Source: Negativicutes bacterium (GTDB lineage Bacteria; Bacillota; Negativicutes; UBA1444). From it: a stretch of DNA of 64,000 nt. Below, one piece after another: positions 61,746 to 64,000 of the stretch. The stretch is from positions 128,001-192,000 of the forward strand of contig CAXXIN010000007.1 in the NCBI GenBank assembly GCA_963665275.2, in the 5' to 3' direction. Under the pieces are notes generated by a model. That model searched no databases and was not told the origin of the DNA. It was given only the letters and a program-made list of their open reading frames with translations. The first letter of the stretch is position 1, and every line of letters begins with the position of its first letter. The position numbers and the translations under genes were made by a program.

Positions 61746-64000
61746 TCAATCCGAGTTCTCCGGGCCGTCCTCTGACTCCGCTTCGTCCTCGGTCGGTTTC
61801 TTCTTTGTATTACTGCGCCGACGACGGCGTTTCTTTTTCACGGCGGGAACCTCTCCCCCGTCGGGGTCAACAGTTGCCGTTTCAGCCGCAACGGACGGTT
61901 CAACAGCCGCCTCTGCCACCGAGGCCGGCTCGGCGCCATTCAATCCGTCAGCCTGGATGGTCGGTTTTTTCTTGCGCCGGCGGCGTTTACTCTTTTTCGG
62001 CGGGGCGTCGGCGGTTTCATCCAAGGTCGGGACATCCGCCTCGTCACTTTCCGCAATGGGGTCAATCACATTTTCGGTGTCGACCGGATCTTCATCGCCG
62101 GTTTCCGCCGTTTCAGCATCCGTTGCCGGTTTCTTCTTTCTACGCCGGCGACGCTTGGTTTTTTTTACTGGCAGTTCCGTATTTTCCTCTGGAACCTCGG
62201 TTGAATCCTCTTCATGATCCTCGGGAATCAAGGGCTCAGTCTGAACATCGATCGGCTCTGTCCCGTTTTCCTGCGTCGGTTTTTTCTTCCGCCGGCGTTT
62301 CCGTTTGGGCTTGCCCACGACGGCTTCAGATGGAATCTCATTAGCGCCGAGCTCTTCCGATGCGGGCGCTTCCAATGTCGCCATGTCCAATGCAGGAGTT
62401 TCCGAGGCCGGCTCTGCCAAAGCCGCATTAACTTCTTTCTTAGGCTTGCGACGGCGACGCGTCTTTTTCACCGGAGCTTCTTCCGGCAGTTTATCTGTCG
62501 TCAGGGGTTCTTCCGCCGGTTCGATGACCGCAGATTTCCCGGGCAATATTTCGGCAGCGCTGGGCATCGCCATTTTTTTGCTGCGGCGACGACGTCGCGG
62601 CTTCTTCGTTTCAGTCTCTGCATTACTATCTGGAACCGGTTCCTCCGCCTCTTCATCTTCGGTGTCCATCAGCGGTTCCCAGAGGGATCCTGTCATCGCT
62701 GCCAGCCGGGACTCGAAGGTGGATACCGGATCAAAGATGGCATTCATGGCGAACTTTTCCGCCATCAGAGGGGCCAGCTCTTCCTCAGAAAGCGGTTCCA
62801 GATCTCCGCACTCTTCGTCCGAACCTTCCTGTCCCCGCCGTGCAGAGGGTTTGCGGACTTTTTTGGGTTCATTGGATCGAATCAGCGCCTTATCGCCCTC
62901 GAAAATCGCATATACTTCCGGTTGCATACCTTCGATTGCCTCAACCGTCAAATCAATTCCCAACTCTGTTTCCAGGGCGGCCAAGGCTTTCTTATCCCCG
63001 AACCGATCCGCAATCCGCGGATGCATCTGCACGACCAGATCAGCGCCGGGCCGTTTGGCAGCGAGACGGCGAAGCTGACGCCGGATCGTGATCACGAGCG
63101 TTTCCGGCGACTGGATGATTCCGCGTCCGCCGCAGCAGGGACAGCCTTCGTACAAAGTGCCCTCATAAGTTTGACGGGTTTTCTTGCGGGTCATCTCGAC
63201 CAGCCCCAGTTCCGTCAATCCCAGTACATTGGTTTTCGTGTTATCGGCTTTCAGACAGGCCTCCAACTCTAGGAGAACCGCCTTCTTGTGACTGTCTTTC
63301 TGCATATCGATGAGGTCGGCTACGATGATGCCGCCGATATCCCGCAGGCGCAGCTGACGGGCAATCTCCGCCGCCGCCTCCATATTGGTCTTGAATACCG
63401 TATCAGCCAGGTTCGAATGCCCGATAAAGCGGCCGGTGTTGACATCGATGACCGTCAGGGCCTCCGTCTTGTCGATGATGAGATACCCGCCACATTTCAA
63501 ATCCACCCGGCGATCAGCCAGACGGTTCCATTCGTCTTCGATGGCATAATGGGTAAATATCTCGGTTTTTGATTTATACAGGTGGATCTTTTTGACAAGA
63601 TCCGGCGAGATGAACTTGGCCAATTCCACCATGCGGGCATGAGCTTCGGCATTGTCGATGATCACTTCGTCGATATCATCCTTGACATGGTCCCTGATGA
63701 TGCGTACGACCAGGTCCGCGTCGCGATAAAGCAGAAATGGCGGCTTGGCCCGCTTGGCTTTGGCCGTTAGCGCTCCCCAGAGGTTCGACAGGTACTGGAA
63801 GTCCCGGCTCAGTTCTTCTTCTGTGTGCCCCTCCGCGACTGTACGGACGATGACCCCCATCCCCTTGGGACGGATTTTCTCCGCCAGAGCGCGCAGTCGG
63901 GATCGTTCTTCACCGGACTCGATCCGCCGCGACACCCCGACATAATCGACGCTCGGCATCACCACGACATAGCGGCCAGGAATCGAAAAATGCGTTGTTG
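61746..64000 (-). CDS. RNase E/G family ribonuclease with long charged C-terminal tail (5' end beyond window)
   Basis: TEALTVIDVNTG, RLRDIGGIIVAD, GLVEMTRK, CPCCGGRG. Confidence 0.95.
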   Translation of the reverse strand, partial: TTHFSIPGRYVVVMPSVDYVGVSRRIESGEERSRLRALAEKIRPKGMGVIVRTVAEGHTEEELSRDFQYLSNLWGALTAKAKRAKPPFLLYRDADLVVRIIRDHVKDDIDEVIIDNAEAHARMVELAKFISPDLVKKIHLYKSKTEIFTHYAIEDEWNRLADRRVDLKCGGYLIIDKTEALTVIDVNTGRFIGHSNLADTVFKTNMEAAAEIARQLRLRDIGGIIVADLIDMQKDSHKKAVLLELEACLKADNTKTNVLGLTELGLVEMTRKKTRQTYEGTLYEGCPCCGGRGIIQSPETLVITIRRQLRRLAAKRPGADLVVQMHPRIADRFGDKKALAALETELGIDLTVEAIEGMQPEVYAIFEGDKALIRSNEPKKVRKPSARRGQEGSDEECGDLEPLSEEELAPLMAEKFAMNAIFDPVSTFESRLAAMTGSLWEPLMDTEDEEAEEPVPDSNAETETKKPRRRRRSKKMAMPSAAEILPGKSAVIEPAEEPLTTDKLPEEAPVKKTRRRRKPKKEVNAALAEPASETPALDMATLEAPASEELGANEIPSEAVVGKPKRKRRRKKKPTQENGTEPIDVQTEPLIPEDHEEDSTEVPEENTELPVKKTKRRRRRKKKPATDAETAETGDEDPVDTENVIDPIAESDEADVPTLDETADAPPKKSKRRRRKKKPTIQADGLNGAEPASVAEAAVEPSVAAETATVDPDGGEVPAVKKKRRRRRSNTKKKPTEDEAESEDGPENSD

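Overview
Chromosomal window from a Bacillota bacterium, probably an anaerobic Negativicutes/Sporomusaceae-like organism (inferred from rplU-prp-rpmA with an N-extended L27, the L21 leader, SAM-I and yybP-ykoY riboswitches, and a selenium YedE cluster). Most genes lie on the minus strand. The left edge holds the start of a divergent type I-C-like Cas operon: cas5c, then an overlapping Cas8c-like ORF of more than 411 codons that the ORF track missed. No cas3 lies upstream. In its place are a run of stem-loops and the ruins of an rhuM-hsdS restriction locus. The middle holds biotin, chemotaxis, c-di-GMP, KDG/zwf, TerC, selenium, Met/Arg/Cys and MATE genes, then a complete class C group II intron, an ArsM-GNAT fusion and csoR-copA. 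After these come an uncharacterised tripartite tricarboxylate transporter catabolic operon, a small MntA/HepT islet next to a flagellin remnant, and a Ni/Co ECF transporter. The right part is the conserved rng-rplU-prp-rpmA-obgE-proBA-nadD-yqeK-lcp-rsfS block. All calls come from reading motifs by eye; no database searches were run.
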